Virus record (IMG/VR): IMGVR_UViG_3300032116_000144
DNA length: 64,000 nucleotides
Strand: one strand, 5' to 3'
Origin: a virus
Within the stretch, counting starts at the first letter, position 1. The number at the start of each line of letters is the position of its first letter. The position numbers and the translations under genes were made by a program. Of this stretch, positions 49,941-58,227 are shown piece by piece. The notes beneath the pieces were generated by a model. It did no database searches. It saw nothing but the letters and a program-made list of their open reading frames with translations, and had not been told where the DNA came from.

Positions 49941-50433
49941 TAGTTATATTATAATATTTAGTTAAACTAGTTGAATACTCTTTTATAGATGCAGTATAGT
50001 ATTTTTTAGACTTTAATTCAACAGCATATTGATATGGTGTTTCCCATTTAAAGCTATACTTTTTTCTTTTTAAATAAAGATACTGACTTATAGTTGCATC
50101 TTCAATACTCTTATACTTAGCAAAATTATTGTGACCTTCTGCTTCCGCTCCTGGACCTAATGCTAAAGTATCAAACTTACTATAATGTCTGGCAAATACA
50201 TTATTATATTTAGTAAGTTTATTTTTAAAATTGCCTGATTCATGTTTAGCTTGTGCTACTAATAATTTTACAATATTAGTATCTAAATCATATCTAAATA
50301 ATACCAACTTAATACTATCTTCTTTTGATAACGGAGTAACATCTAATGTTTCATCCTTATAGTTGATTTCTGTTATTTGCTCTTTTGAGTTAAAACAAAC
50401 ACATAACAAAAATGCTGTAAGAATAGTTTTCAT
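49915..50433 (-). CDS. Secreted peptidoglycan hydrolase candidate (glucosaminidase / FlgJ-like)
   Basis: 172 aa. N-terminal signal/lipoprotein-like MKTILTAFLLCVCFNS. LVAQAKHESGNFKNK resembles the AQAALESGWG glucosaminidase active-site region. Confidence 0.45.
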   Translation of the reverse strand: MKTILTAFLLCVCFNSKEQITEINYKDETLDVTPLSKEDSIKLVLFRYDLDTNIVKLLVAQAKHESGNFKNKLTKYNNVFARHYSKFDTLALGPGAEAEGHNNFAKYKSIEDATISQYLYLKRKKYSFKWETPYQYAVELKSKKYYTASIKEYSTSLTKYYNITNGFFSTTP

Positions 50434-50459
50434 ATTTATTTATTTAGTTAAACAAAAAA

Positions 50460-50485
50460 GAGCAAGAGGATTTCTCCTCTTGCTC
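50460..50485 (-). terminator. Strong rho-independent terminator after 50498..51109
   Basis: Perfect 11-bp stem gagcaagagga / tcctcttgctc with 4-nt loop, followed on the minus strand by a T-run. Confidence 0.75.
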
Positions 50486-50497
50486 ATAAATTACAAA

Positions 50498-51109
50498 TTA
50501 AGCTTCTTGCATTGCTGCATCACCTACTTTAGCACTTGCTAAAGTCTCTCCATAACTAGGTAATTCGCTTTCTGGTACAAAAGTACCTTCAACAAATACA
50601 TGGTTAATTTGAGAAGCAATGTTTACACTTGTACGAGAGAAGATAAAATGTCCTTCCTCATCCAAGAAATAACCATTTTGACCTACATATTTAGTAAGAT
50701 CATACTCAGTTTTGATTTTACTAGAAGCAACCTTATCAGTTATCATTAATTGCTTTGCAGACTTGGCAATATTTTGTTTTTGCCATGCATCAGGAATAGT
50801 AGTTTCTCTAACCTGAATAGCTAGTTTCTCACCTTGAAGAGTGGGATTTTCAATAGCCAATTCAAAACGTTCTCCTTGTTCAAGATTCATAATATTACTG
50901 ATTGTTGATTCAGGCAAATTAAAATCTTCTTGAAGTGTTGCAAGAGTTACAGGAAACCATACTCTACGCTCAGAACCAGAACGAAAACGAGCATCACCTT
51001 TATTAAGATGAGCGAGAACGTTAACTGCACCAGGACGCTCAACTAAACCTGTCATTTCTGCTTGAAATGAACCATTAGCTACTTTACGGATACTTACGAT
51101 TTTTGACAT
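50498..51109 (-). CDS. Hypothetical protein (monocistronic, terminator-flanked)
   Basis: 203 aa, higher GC than its neighbours, immediately followed by a strong terminator. Confidence 0.55.
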   Translation of the reverse strand: MSKIVSIRKVANGSFQAEMTGLVERPGAVNVLAHLNKGDARFRSGSERRVWFPVTLATLQEDFNLPESTISNIMNLEQGERFELAIENPTLQGEKLAIQVRETTIPDAWQKQNIAKSAKQLMITDKVASSKIKTEYDLTKYVGQNGYFLDEEGHFIFSRTSVNIASQINHVFVEGTFVPESELPSYGETLASAKVGDAAMQEA

Positions 51110-51207
51110 AAAAATGTACTTTAGAAAATTAAATAAAAAGGATCACTTGGTAGTTCCGTACACCCGCTATCTGATTAAAGAGAAATAGCAAAATCTCTAA
51201 CTAGTCG

Positions 51208-51292
51208 TACCATTGAGAGGAATCGAACCTCCACGTTCTTAACGAACAACAGATTTTAAGTCTGTCTTGTCTACCAGTTCCAACACAATGGC
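51208..51292 (-). tRNA. tRNA-Leu (anticodon UAA), type II with long variable arm
   Basis: Reverse complement gives acceptor GCCATTG/CAATGGT. D-loop AACTGGTAGA. Anticodon stem ACAGA/TCTGT with loop CTTAAAA (U33, UAA, A37). Variable hairpin GTTC-GTTAA-GAAC. T-arm GGAGG-TTCGATT-CCTCT. Discriminator A, no encoded CCA. Confidence 0.8.
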
Positions 51293-51311
51293 CCAGTGTT
51301 CAACTTATTAG

Positions 51312-51647
51312 TGGAGCAGAGGGGAATCGAACCCCTGTCCATAAATACTACATTATACAATTTATACAAGCTTTGGGGCTTCCCGATAGGAACACCTTCC
51401 ACCATCTATATTTGTTTAAGGTACATTATATAGAATTAAACCTGTTCAACTTAAACTAAGTGTTCTTTAAGCAGCTACACGTAGCTGAACACCTTCACTT
51501 TGTCCTACATTTACTCCTTGAGGAAACATAGGCACTACTTTTGCTTCTTTAGCAATCGTTGTTGTATGCGCATTTTCAGTAGGTACAACATACTTCCCTA
51601 CGCTTGATTATATAATATAACTATTCATGTCAAAACCAATCTGCCCC
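51312..51647 (-). ncRNA. ssrA: tmRNA (ssrA-like transfer-messenger RNA), about 336 nt
   Basis: 5' end GGGGCAGATTGGTTTTGACA resembles the canonical tmRNA 5' end GGGGCUGAUUCUGGAUUCGAC. 3' end GGACAGGGGTTCGATTCCCCTCTGCTCCA resembles the tmRNA 3' end (T-arm plus GCUCCA). 7-bp acceptor stem with G3:U70 (alanine identity). Internal reading frame ends GTA GCT GCT TAA (..VAA stop at 51468..51470), which sits in an 8-bp inverted repeat as in tmRNA helix 5. Confidence 0.75.
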
Positions 51648-51657
51648 AAATACTACA

Positions 51658-51861
51658 TTATAATTTACTCCACTCTTTTTCAAATGCTTCTGCTGCATTA
51701 TTAAAAGAAACAGGATCACCATAAGCATCGCCTAGTTCCCACAGCTTTATAGCATCAGACTTTTGAATAATACGATAATTTTTTTTATGAAGATATAAAA
51801 AACAAACTGCGTATAAAATAGAACAAAGAATAAATCCAATAAAAATATAAAATGCTATCAT
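51658..51861 (-). CDS. Small membrane protein
   Basis: 67 aa, N-terminal TM helix IAFYIFIGFILCSILYAVCFLYL. Confidence 0.4.
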   Translation of the reverse strand: MIAFYIFIGFILCSILYAVCFLYLHKKNYRIIQKSDAIKLWELGDAYGDPVSFNNAAEAFEKEWSKL

Positions 51862-52039
51862 TTTGTTATTAATTTAAGTAAAAGAGAGTTCAGGTCTTTA
51901 ACCGAATCTTTAATATTTAATAGTACTCCAATCTATATTTAGTAAATTGCATTTTACTGTAATATATGACATATTTCTATGTATACTATTATTAATAATA
52001 TTACGTGCATCTTCCATACACTATCTCTCTTTTAAAATT

Positions 52040-52675
52040 TTACTTTAATCCATATTTTTTATCACTAATTTGCTTAGGATAAATTAATACAGTTTTAGTA
52101 TAACGTTTATCAATTCTACCAAACGTATTTCTTAAAGAAGCAACAGTTGCTCCGTTTTTAATTAATTGTATTGCTTGTTTATTTAGTCTTTTAACATGAA
52201 GAGGTTTAGCTAATACATAACTAAAGATATTATTCCTATGTCTACGCGTATATTTCTTAGAATTATTTGTTAATCTAGGATGTTTACGTGCAGATAAATT
52301 TTCAGAATTAGGTAACCCTTTATTAATCTGATATGACAATCGTTGCATATCTTTCATAATATTATGCTCTAATTTACTATAAGGAATAGGATTTTCTATT
52401 TTAATACGTTCTTTTCCATCAGATGTTTTATATTTAATATTTACAACACGAGGAATATAAACACTCCTACTTTGAAGCTCATTTAAGTTATCTTGAATAA
52501 ACTTATTTTCTTCTTTTTTACGAGCAACATCTTGTCTAACTAATTCTATAAAATACTTTTTAGCAAGTTGTTTTGCAGTTTTATTAAGCTTTTTATCTTT
52601 AGAAAAAGCCTTACCTAAATATATATTTGCCATGATACCTGCTTCATTAGCAAGTACATTTGATTGATTTTCCAT
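52040..52675 (-). CDS. Basic hypothetical protein (possible nucleic-acid-binding/regulatory)
   Basis: 211 aa, very K/R-rich (pI clearly basic). No motif. Confidence 0.5.
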   Translation of the reverse strand: MENQSNVLANEAGIMANIYLGKAFSKDKKLNKTAKQLAKKYFIELVRQDVARKKEENKFIQDNLNELQSRSVYIPRVVNIKYKTSDGKERIKIENPIPYSKLEHNIMKDMQRLSYQINKGLPNSENLSARKHPRLTNNSKKYTRRHRNNIFSYVLAKPLHVKRLNKQAIQLIKNGATVASLRNTFGRIDKRYTKTVLIYPKQISDKKYGLK

Positions 52676-53199
52676 TATTTATTAGTAGGAATTTGTTCTA
52701 CAGTTTCATACTCACTAGACCATATTTTTTCATTATAAAATGGTCTAGCATTAATATTATTCTTGATTTTATCTTTAATCTCAAACAATTTTAGTTTTTC
52801 TTCTTCTGTTTTCTTAAATACATCTCTATTAAACTTATCTTGTAAATGATTAATAGTTTCTAAATGTCTAAATTCAGAAGAAGCAAATGTATTACCTTTA
52901 TAATCGTAAAATTGTTTTATATCTGAATAAGAGTGCCATTTAGCTTCTTTCTTTACAGGAATAGATTCTTTTACAACAGATATTTTAGAAGACTTTTCTT
53001 TCTTATTAAACTGTTTTAAATAATCAAATTTACCAACTAATACAAATTCTTGCTTTGATAGAAAATCTATATAACCCCAAGACTTAGAACCTAAATCTTC
53101 TGCTTTTGATATATCAAGTACGTTATTACTACGGTCAAATTTTACTCTTTTTTGACTTAAAACCTTAATTACGAACTCTATATTTAGTCGTTTACTCAT
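52675..53199 (-). CDS. Hypothetical protein
   Basis: 174 aa, start overlaps previous stop. Confidence 0.5.
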   Translation of the reverse strand: MSKRLNIEFVIKVLSQKRVKFDRSNNVLDISKAEDLGSKSWGYIDFLSKQEFVLVGKFDYLKQFNKKEKSSKISVVKESIPVKKEAKWHSYSDIKQFYDYKGNTFASSEFRHLETINHLQDKFNRDVFKKTEEEKLKLFEIKDKIKNNINARPFYNEKIWSSEYETVEQIPTNK

Positions 53200-53447
53200 T
53201 GTTTATTAATTTCTTCTGCTAATTTCGTTAAATATCTAGTCAGCTGCAAGGAATCGTCCATATTTTTTATTCTAACAGCAGCTTCTGTAATACTAATTTC
53301 TTCTTTTTCTTTTGTATCTAACTGTTGGGTTAAATAATCTACTATATCATTTAATGCAGTTACATAACCTAATCTATAATTCTGTTTACTTAATTTATTT
53401 TGACGAATAGCAAGATCTGCTAAACATCTTTTAACATTATCACTCAT
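53196..53447 (-). CDS. Small hypothetical protein
   Basis: 83 aa, helical. Confidence 0.4.
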   Translation of the reverse strand: MSDNVKRCLADLAIRQNKLSKQNYRLGYVTALNDIVDYLTQQLDTKEKEEISITEAAVRIKNMDDSLQLTRYLTKLAEEINKQ

Positions 53448-53450
53448 ATA

Positions 53451-54035
53451 TTAAAAAGGTAAATTTTCTTCAATATCATTATTTATAAATAAATCTCCTT
53501 GAGTTATATAAATAGGTTGTCTCGCCCAAGAAGGTTTACCTCTTTTTGTCCAAACTACAGGCTTTATTTCATCGGTAACAAACCATTTATAATTAAGTGC
53601 TTCTTTATATGCATTAAATACATTATTATCATCACCAAAAGATGTAGCTTTTACAAAAGATTTAGGTAATATATTACAATCAGGAATATATTGTATTAAG
53701 CTTGTAAAAAGAGAATAAAGGTAGTGAGTGTGGCCTGTTCTATATTCATGTTCATTAAGTAATGCAATAGCATGATTCCAAAGCCAAACAAAGTTCTCTC
53801 TTTTAGAAGCTACCCAATTAGTACACTTATGATAGAGTAACTCATTAAACTTTTCTCTATTTTGACCTCTACGCTCTACATCCCATATTATAAAAGGAGC
53901 AATACATAAATTTGTTCTTTTAAAATACGCCATAGAAAGCATTTCAAAACACTCTTTCGGCATATGTTTAACTCTTTTATCATCAAGATTCCTAGCACTA
54001 ATTACAGGATCAGAATCAGACACAAATATGTTCAT
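53451..54035 (-). CDS. Hypothetical protein
   Basis: 194 aa. Confidence 0.5.
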   Translation of the reverse strand: MNIFVSDSDPVISARNLDDKRVKHMPKECFEMLSMAYFKRTNLCIAPFIIWDVERRGQNREKFNELLYHKCTNWVASKRENFVWLWNHAIALLNEHEYRTGHTHYLYSLFTSLIQYIPDCNILPKSFVKATSFGDDNNVFNAYKEALNYKWFVTDEIKPVVWTKRGKPSWARQPIYITQGDLFINNDIEENLPF

Positions 54036-54276
54036 GTTCTAATATTTCTGTTAATTCTGTAATATCTTGTTCTACTACTGGTGCAAAATGATCAGTAGCA
54101 TAGTAATCAATGGGTCTACCTTCTTCTAAGTTATAAAAATCTCTTGAAGTATTTTCATTACTAAAAGTTTTTTTCTCTAACACAGTATAATAACAATCTT
54201 TTTTAGGTATAAGACTAAAATCTGTTTTTTTACCGTCAAGAACTCTCCAATTATCATTAATACATACAACAATCAT
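54016..54276 (-). CDS. Small hypothetical protein
   Basis: 86 aa. Confidence 0.4.
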   Translation of the reverse strand: MIVVCINDNWRVLDGKKTDFSLIPKKDCYYTVLEKKTFSNENTSRDFYNLEEGRPIDYYATDHFAPVVEQDITELTEILEHEHICV

Positions 54277-54464
54277 AATTCATCTGTATTAATATCTTCA
54301 TACCAAGAATTTCTAATAAAGCGCATAGTACCACAAAGATATTTAATATATACCCCATCGAGTATATTACATGAACGATAAATCAAATTATTTCTATATG
54401 TAGTACTGTCTGAATGAAAATTATAATAAATAATGCTATTTGATTCCAATGAATATCCATTCAT
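54273..54464 (-). CDS. Small hypothetical protein
   Basis: 63 aa, first gene after the palindrome-rich intergenic region. Confidence 0.35.
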   Translation of the reverse strand: MNGYSLESNSIIYYNFHSDSTTYRNNLIYRSCNILDGVYIKYLCGTMRFIRNSWYEDINTDEL

Positions 54465-54481
54465 AAAAATTAATTTAATAA

Positions 54482-54513
54482 AACTACTAGAGGTTATTAC
54501 ACCTCTAGTAGTT
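54482..54513 (-). terminator. Perfect 13-bp stem-loop 18 nt upstream of the 54464 start codon (terminator/attenuator)
   Basis: aactactagaggt-tattac-acctctagtagtt, followed on the minus strand by TTTTATTAAATTAATTTTT. Confidence 0.55.
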
Positions 54514-54892
54514 AACTCTTAATGTGAGTAAGATCACTAAGATTTTACAACAAATATACGACTCGTTGTAGTACAAATTATTGATAAATAAATAGCTATA
54601 AACTTAGTTTATTTTTAGGTAAATAGCTATTGAATTAAGAATAATTTTAAGTCCAACAAACTATAAGAGAAAAATCTATATAGATTTTTCTTATCATAGT
54701 TTGACTAAGACTATTTTTTACAATAGATGTTGCTATCTCAAATAAAGGTTTGTTAAAAGTATGAATATGCAGAGTATCACATAATCTCGGGCCAGAGATT
54801 GTCCATAGTCTCAATACAAGAACTAATAATCTAACTTTATTTTATCTTACACTTACCATTGTATAAAATATAACAGCTTACTCCTGATTAAA

Positions 54893-55705
54893 TTAACCAA
54901 TTACTTTCTCTATTCTTTCAAATAAAGAACGATTAAAGGATTTATTTAATTTTTTTATAGTGTCAGTAAACATATGACACATAATAATATGCTTAATTAA
55001 CGTAGGATAATGAAATGTAGGTTCAAATAATCTCCATTCAGTAGTGGGTAAATGTCTAGCTACTATAATTTCAGTATTAGAAGAAACACCAATAAAAAGA
55101 GCCTGACTCCTTTTATCTCTACAAAATTTATATTTTGTATTGTTTTTCTCAATTTGTTTATAAATATATTTATTATACTTATAAATTTTTTTACAATGAT
55201 TAAAACATACTAAATTCCTAACTCTAAGATCACGAGTGTCTGTATCTTCATTAATACCTCTACACTTTTTAGTATCTGTCATATCAATATGAATATGTAG
55301 ACCACCATAAGTTAAATCAGGCCAAATATTTTCTTCTTTATTAAGTATACCAGTAAATTCTTTAAGAATATGAATATGATAAAATCCACGCACACTTACT
55401 CTTATTTCCGCTTGTTGTGCATAACTTACATCGTTTTTTGTACACTTATCTAATACAATTGGTTTAAATCGTAGTATCTTTTCGTATTTAGTATTTATGT
55501 TAGCTTGAAATAAGTTTAAAGAAGCAACTTTACCCGATGTAAACGCAGTATCAATTTCTACACCAACACGAGTAGGCCAAACAGTTTTAAGAAATGAAAT
55601 AATATATCCAGGATTATTACTATTAGCAAGTAATCGCCTAATTTTACTAGGCTCATGTAAAATAGTATTAATTACCTGTTCTTGAACATATGTTAATTTA
55701 GACAT
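54893..55705 (-). CDS. Hypothetical protein
   Basis: 270 aa, contains GGLHIHIDMTD. No confident family assignment. Confidence 0.5.
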   Translation of the reverse strand: MSKLTYVQEQVINTILHEPSKIRRLLANSNNPGYIISFLKTVWPTRVGVEIDTAFTSGKVASLNLFQANINTKYEKILRFKPIVLDKCTKNDVSYAQQAEIRVSVRGFYHIHILKEFTGILNKEENIWPDLTYGGLHIHIDMTDTKKCRGINEDTDTRDLRVRNLVCFNHCKKIYKYNKYIYKQIEKNNTKYKFCRDKRSQALFIGVSSNTEIIVARHLPTTEWRLFEPTFHYPTLIKHIIMCHMFTDTIKKLNKSFNRSLFERIEKVIG

Positions 55706-55748
55706 AAAAAATGGTGTGAGTTTTATTTCTCACACCATTAGTTAATAA

Positions 55749-55979
55749 TTAAATTTTATTAATTGGTGGTTCAGGAGCAAAACTTCCAAGAATATTATTA
55801 CTTACATTTTTAGCAACTGGAACAACCGGAGCAGCTACAACAACAGGAGCAATTTTCTTTGCAGTAGCTTTCTTTTTTACTATTTTCTTAGCAGCAACTT
55901 TCTTTTTTGCTGTCTTTTTAGATACTTTTTTTGCTGTTTTCTTTTTAGGAGCAGCTTTTTTTGCAGCTTTTTTAGCCAT
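55749..55979 (-). CDS. Histone H1-like lysine/alanine-rich DNA-binding protein
   Basis: 76 aa. First 50 residues are AKK/KKA repeats (MAKKAAKKAAPKKKTAKKVSKKTAKKKVAAKKIVKKKATAKK), followed by a Pro/Val-rich tail. Confidence 0.55.
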   Translation of the reverse strand: MAKKAAKKAAPKKKTAKKVSKKTAKKKVAAKKIVKKKATAKKIAPVVVAAPVVPVAKNVSNNILGSFAPEPPINKI

Positions 55980-56033
55980 TGTTTTTTGATTTGCTTAATT
56001 AACAATTATTTTAGTAATCTATAATAAAGGTGG

Positions 56034-56270
56034 TTAATCACCACTCGTTAGTTTTTTAATTTCTAAATACAATCTATATCCCATTGGTATAACAAAACCA
56101 ATAATAAAAAGATAAGCAAGACATATTACGAATATAATAAATCCTATCTTTCCAACAATAGTCATATCATAATATGTACTATTATCTTTTATTAATATAT
56201 CAGTTAATGCTAAAAAAAATGTGGTAAGCATTACTCCAAAAACAAGCTTTACAACTTTTTCATTATTCAT
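56034..56270 (-). CDS. Small membrane protein
   Basis: 78 aa, two TM helices. Confidence 0.4.
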   Translation of the reverse strand: MNNEKVVKLVFGVMLTTFFLALTDILIKDNSTYYDMTIVGKIGFIIFVICLAYLFIIGFVIPMGYRLYLEIKKLTSGD

Positions 56271-56485
56271 TTAAAATTGTTTTTATATTGATAACTTCCA
56301 TTTTTAACAATCTTAAACCTAGTATATAATGTAGTAGGTCTAAGAAATTCAATTTTTTTCTTTTCACTATATGCAATAGCTTTAGAAACATTTGTCTTAT
56401 GTGTAGCAACTTTTACAAATGTACCTCTTATATGATCTCGTCTAAATTCAACGAGATCATATAAGGTAGGATTTTTATTCATCAT
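56267..56485 (-). CDS. Small hypothetical protein
   Basis: 72 aa. Confidence 0.35.
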   Translation of the reverse strand: MMNKNPTLYDLVEFRRDHIRGTFVKVATHKTNVSKAIAYSEKKKIEFLRPTTLYTRFKIVKNGSYQYKNNFK

Positions 56486-56675
56486 TTTGATTTATAATAA
56501 CAAATAATAGTGCTACTAACATTGCCCAAGAGAATACACTATATTTAACAGATTGATAAAATTCTTGTTCTGTTAATTTATGTGTATGCATATATCTAAG
56601 ATAACAAAGAAGAGAAACTGCTAAAAGAACACCAATTAAATATAGTGACAAAGTAACTAATATTATTTGCCACAT
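56475..56675 (-). CDS. Small membrane protein
   Basis: 66 aa, two TM helices. Confidence 0.4.
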   Translation of the reverse strand: MWQIILVTLSLYLIGVLLAVSLLCYLRYMHTHKLTEQEFYQSVKYSVFSWAMLVALLFVIINQNDE

Positions 56676-56823
56676 ATAATTAAAAGTAAAAATGATGTAT
56701 CATAGCACCAAAAAACAATAACATAACAATTAAAAAGATAACTACAAATTGATTTACACTACTTGCAAATGATTTTTTCATAAAATGTTTGTTTAAAGAA
56801 TTAATATTTTTGTTTAGCACCAA

Positions 56824-57648
56824 TTAGGTATATTTTAACATTAAATTTACTTTATCAATTATCAGTTGACCAAGTATTTCTCTGCAAATATCTGCTGTTT
56901 GTTTTTGATTATTTTTATAAGCAGCAGCATAAGCAGCAGGAGGATCATTAACATTAGCATAAGCAGCAGCATAAGCAGTATCAGCAGCATAAGTAGCAGC
57001 AGCAGTATCATCAACATTAGCAGCAGCATCAGCAGTATAAGCAGCAGCAGTAGCAACAGCATAAGCAGCATAAGCAGCAGGATCACTAGCAACATAAGCA
57101 GGAGGATCATCAACATTAGCAGCAACATAAGCAGCATAAGCAGCATAAGCACCATAAGCAGCAGCAGAAGCAGCATCATAAGTAGATCTTGCAAAAGGTA
57201 CTAAGTCTTCTAATGTCATTTCCTCTACCAGACCAAATCTCTCTGCTGCATTAACCGCATCAATACTTCTTTGATCTTTCATTAAATGAATTACTGTTTT
57301 AGCACATCTAGCTTTAGCTAACGTTAGAGGTTTAATAGGTAAGTCTAATTTTTTAGCTAACCATAATAACCAGTCACCACGTTCTACTTTAGCTATTGTT
57401 TCTTCAATAGTAAAAGTAGATGCCCATTTTTGTGCTTCTTGACAAGCACGAAAGTCTTTAAGTAAATTCTGAAATGTTTTCATAGTCATCTTTTTAGGTA
57501 ATATAATGATTTGTTTTTCTAATTCAGCAGCTATCTTTTCTTCAAGCTTTTGCAATGCAGCTTGAGTAGCTTTATTGCTAATACTTTCTTTTGAGAAGGA
57601 GCACACTACCGACTTAGCCATCAATTTCTCAACATTACTTTTTGACAT
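56824..57648 (-). CDS. Protein with C-terminal Ala/Tyr-rich tandem repeats
   Basis: 274 aa. Helical N-terminal 170 aa. Then AAYGAYAAYAAYVAANVDDPPAYVASDPAAYAAYAVATAAAYTADAAANVDDTAAATYAADTAYAAAYANVNDPPAAYAAAY, encoded by GCAGCA/TAAGCAGCA 9-nt periodic DNA (about 56925..57180). Confidence 0.55.
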   Translation of the reverse strand: MSKSNVEKLMAKSVVCSFSKESISNKATQAALQKLEEKIAAELEKQIIILPKKMTMKTFQNLLKDFRACQEAQKWASTFTIEETIAKVERGDWLLWLAKKLDLPIKPLTLAKARCAKTVIHLMKDQRSIDAVNAAERFGLVEEMTLEDLVPFARSTYDAASAAAYGAYAAYAAYVAANVDDPPAYVASDPAAYAAYAVATAAAYTADAAANVDDTAAATYAADTAYAAAYANVNDPPAAYAAAYKNNQKQTADICREILGQLIIDKVNLMLKYT

Positions 57649-57873
57649 GGTTATAGATGTTTAAGTTAAATAATGACAGTTTTACACACTAGATTTTCTC
57701 AATGTAAAACTTGTAATAATAGCCCAGCCTAATTCAACAATCTATCTGTTCTAATCTCAGACTTGAAAGGTTATCTATGACTATTACAAGAGGTTTCAAC
57801 TTTTTATAGTCTAAGATTTTAATTTAATTTTAACTTTTTTTTGAAAAGAGATTTCTCTGCTTTAAAACAGTAA

Positions 57874-58227
57874 TTAAGGTATTCTTAAATTTCTTCTTAT
57901 TGCTTCTTTAACATATTTTTTATAGTGTAAATGCTTTAATGCTTTTTTACCTATTAAAAAATCTTCTTCATACCAAAAACTATCAGCATCAGAACCCCCA
58001 CCTTTTCTAATTCTAATTCCTTCTTTAGCTCTTTTCTGAATATATTTAATAGTATTAATAAGATGATTATCATCCATTTTAGGATAATCTTTTGATACAC
58101 CTCTAATATCTATAATTTTACCATCTTTACATTTATGTAATAATGGTTTTAGAACTTTAGGTGGAAAGTTTTCAAGAAACTCATCCCCCATTTGTTGTAC
58201 TCTATAATAATCTGCCATATCTCCCAT
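57874..58227 (-). CDS. Hypothetical protein
   Basis: 117 aa, basic. Confidence 0.45.
   Translation of the reverse strand: MGDMADYYRVQQMGDEFLENFPPKVLKPLLHKCKDGKIIDIRGVSKDYPKMDDNHLINTIKYIQKRAKEGIRIRKGGGSDADSFWYEEDFLIGKKALKHLHYKKYVKEAIRRNLRIP

Noticed and set aside
56900-57200. CRISPR array or non-coding tandem repeat at the 9-nt periodic region
   Set aside because: The period is 9 nt and in frame within a long ORF, so it is a coding triplet-multiple microsatellite. There are no 25-40 nt repeat-spacer units anywhere in the window.
56862-57204. ORFs 56862..57194 (-) (L/M repeats) and 56866..57204 (+) (S/I repeats)
   Set aside because: They are alternative-frame or opposite-strand readings of the GCAGCA microsatellite that encodes the Ala/Tyr repeat in 56824..57648, not independent genes.
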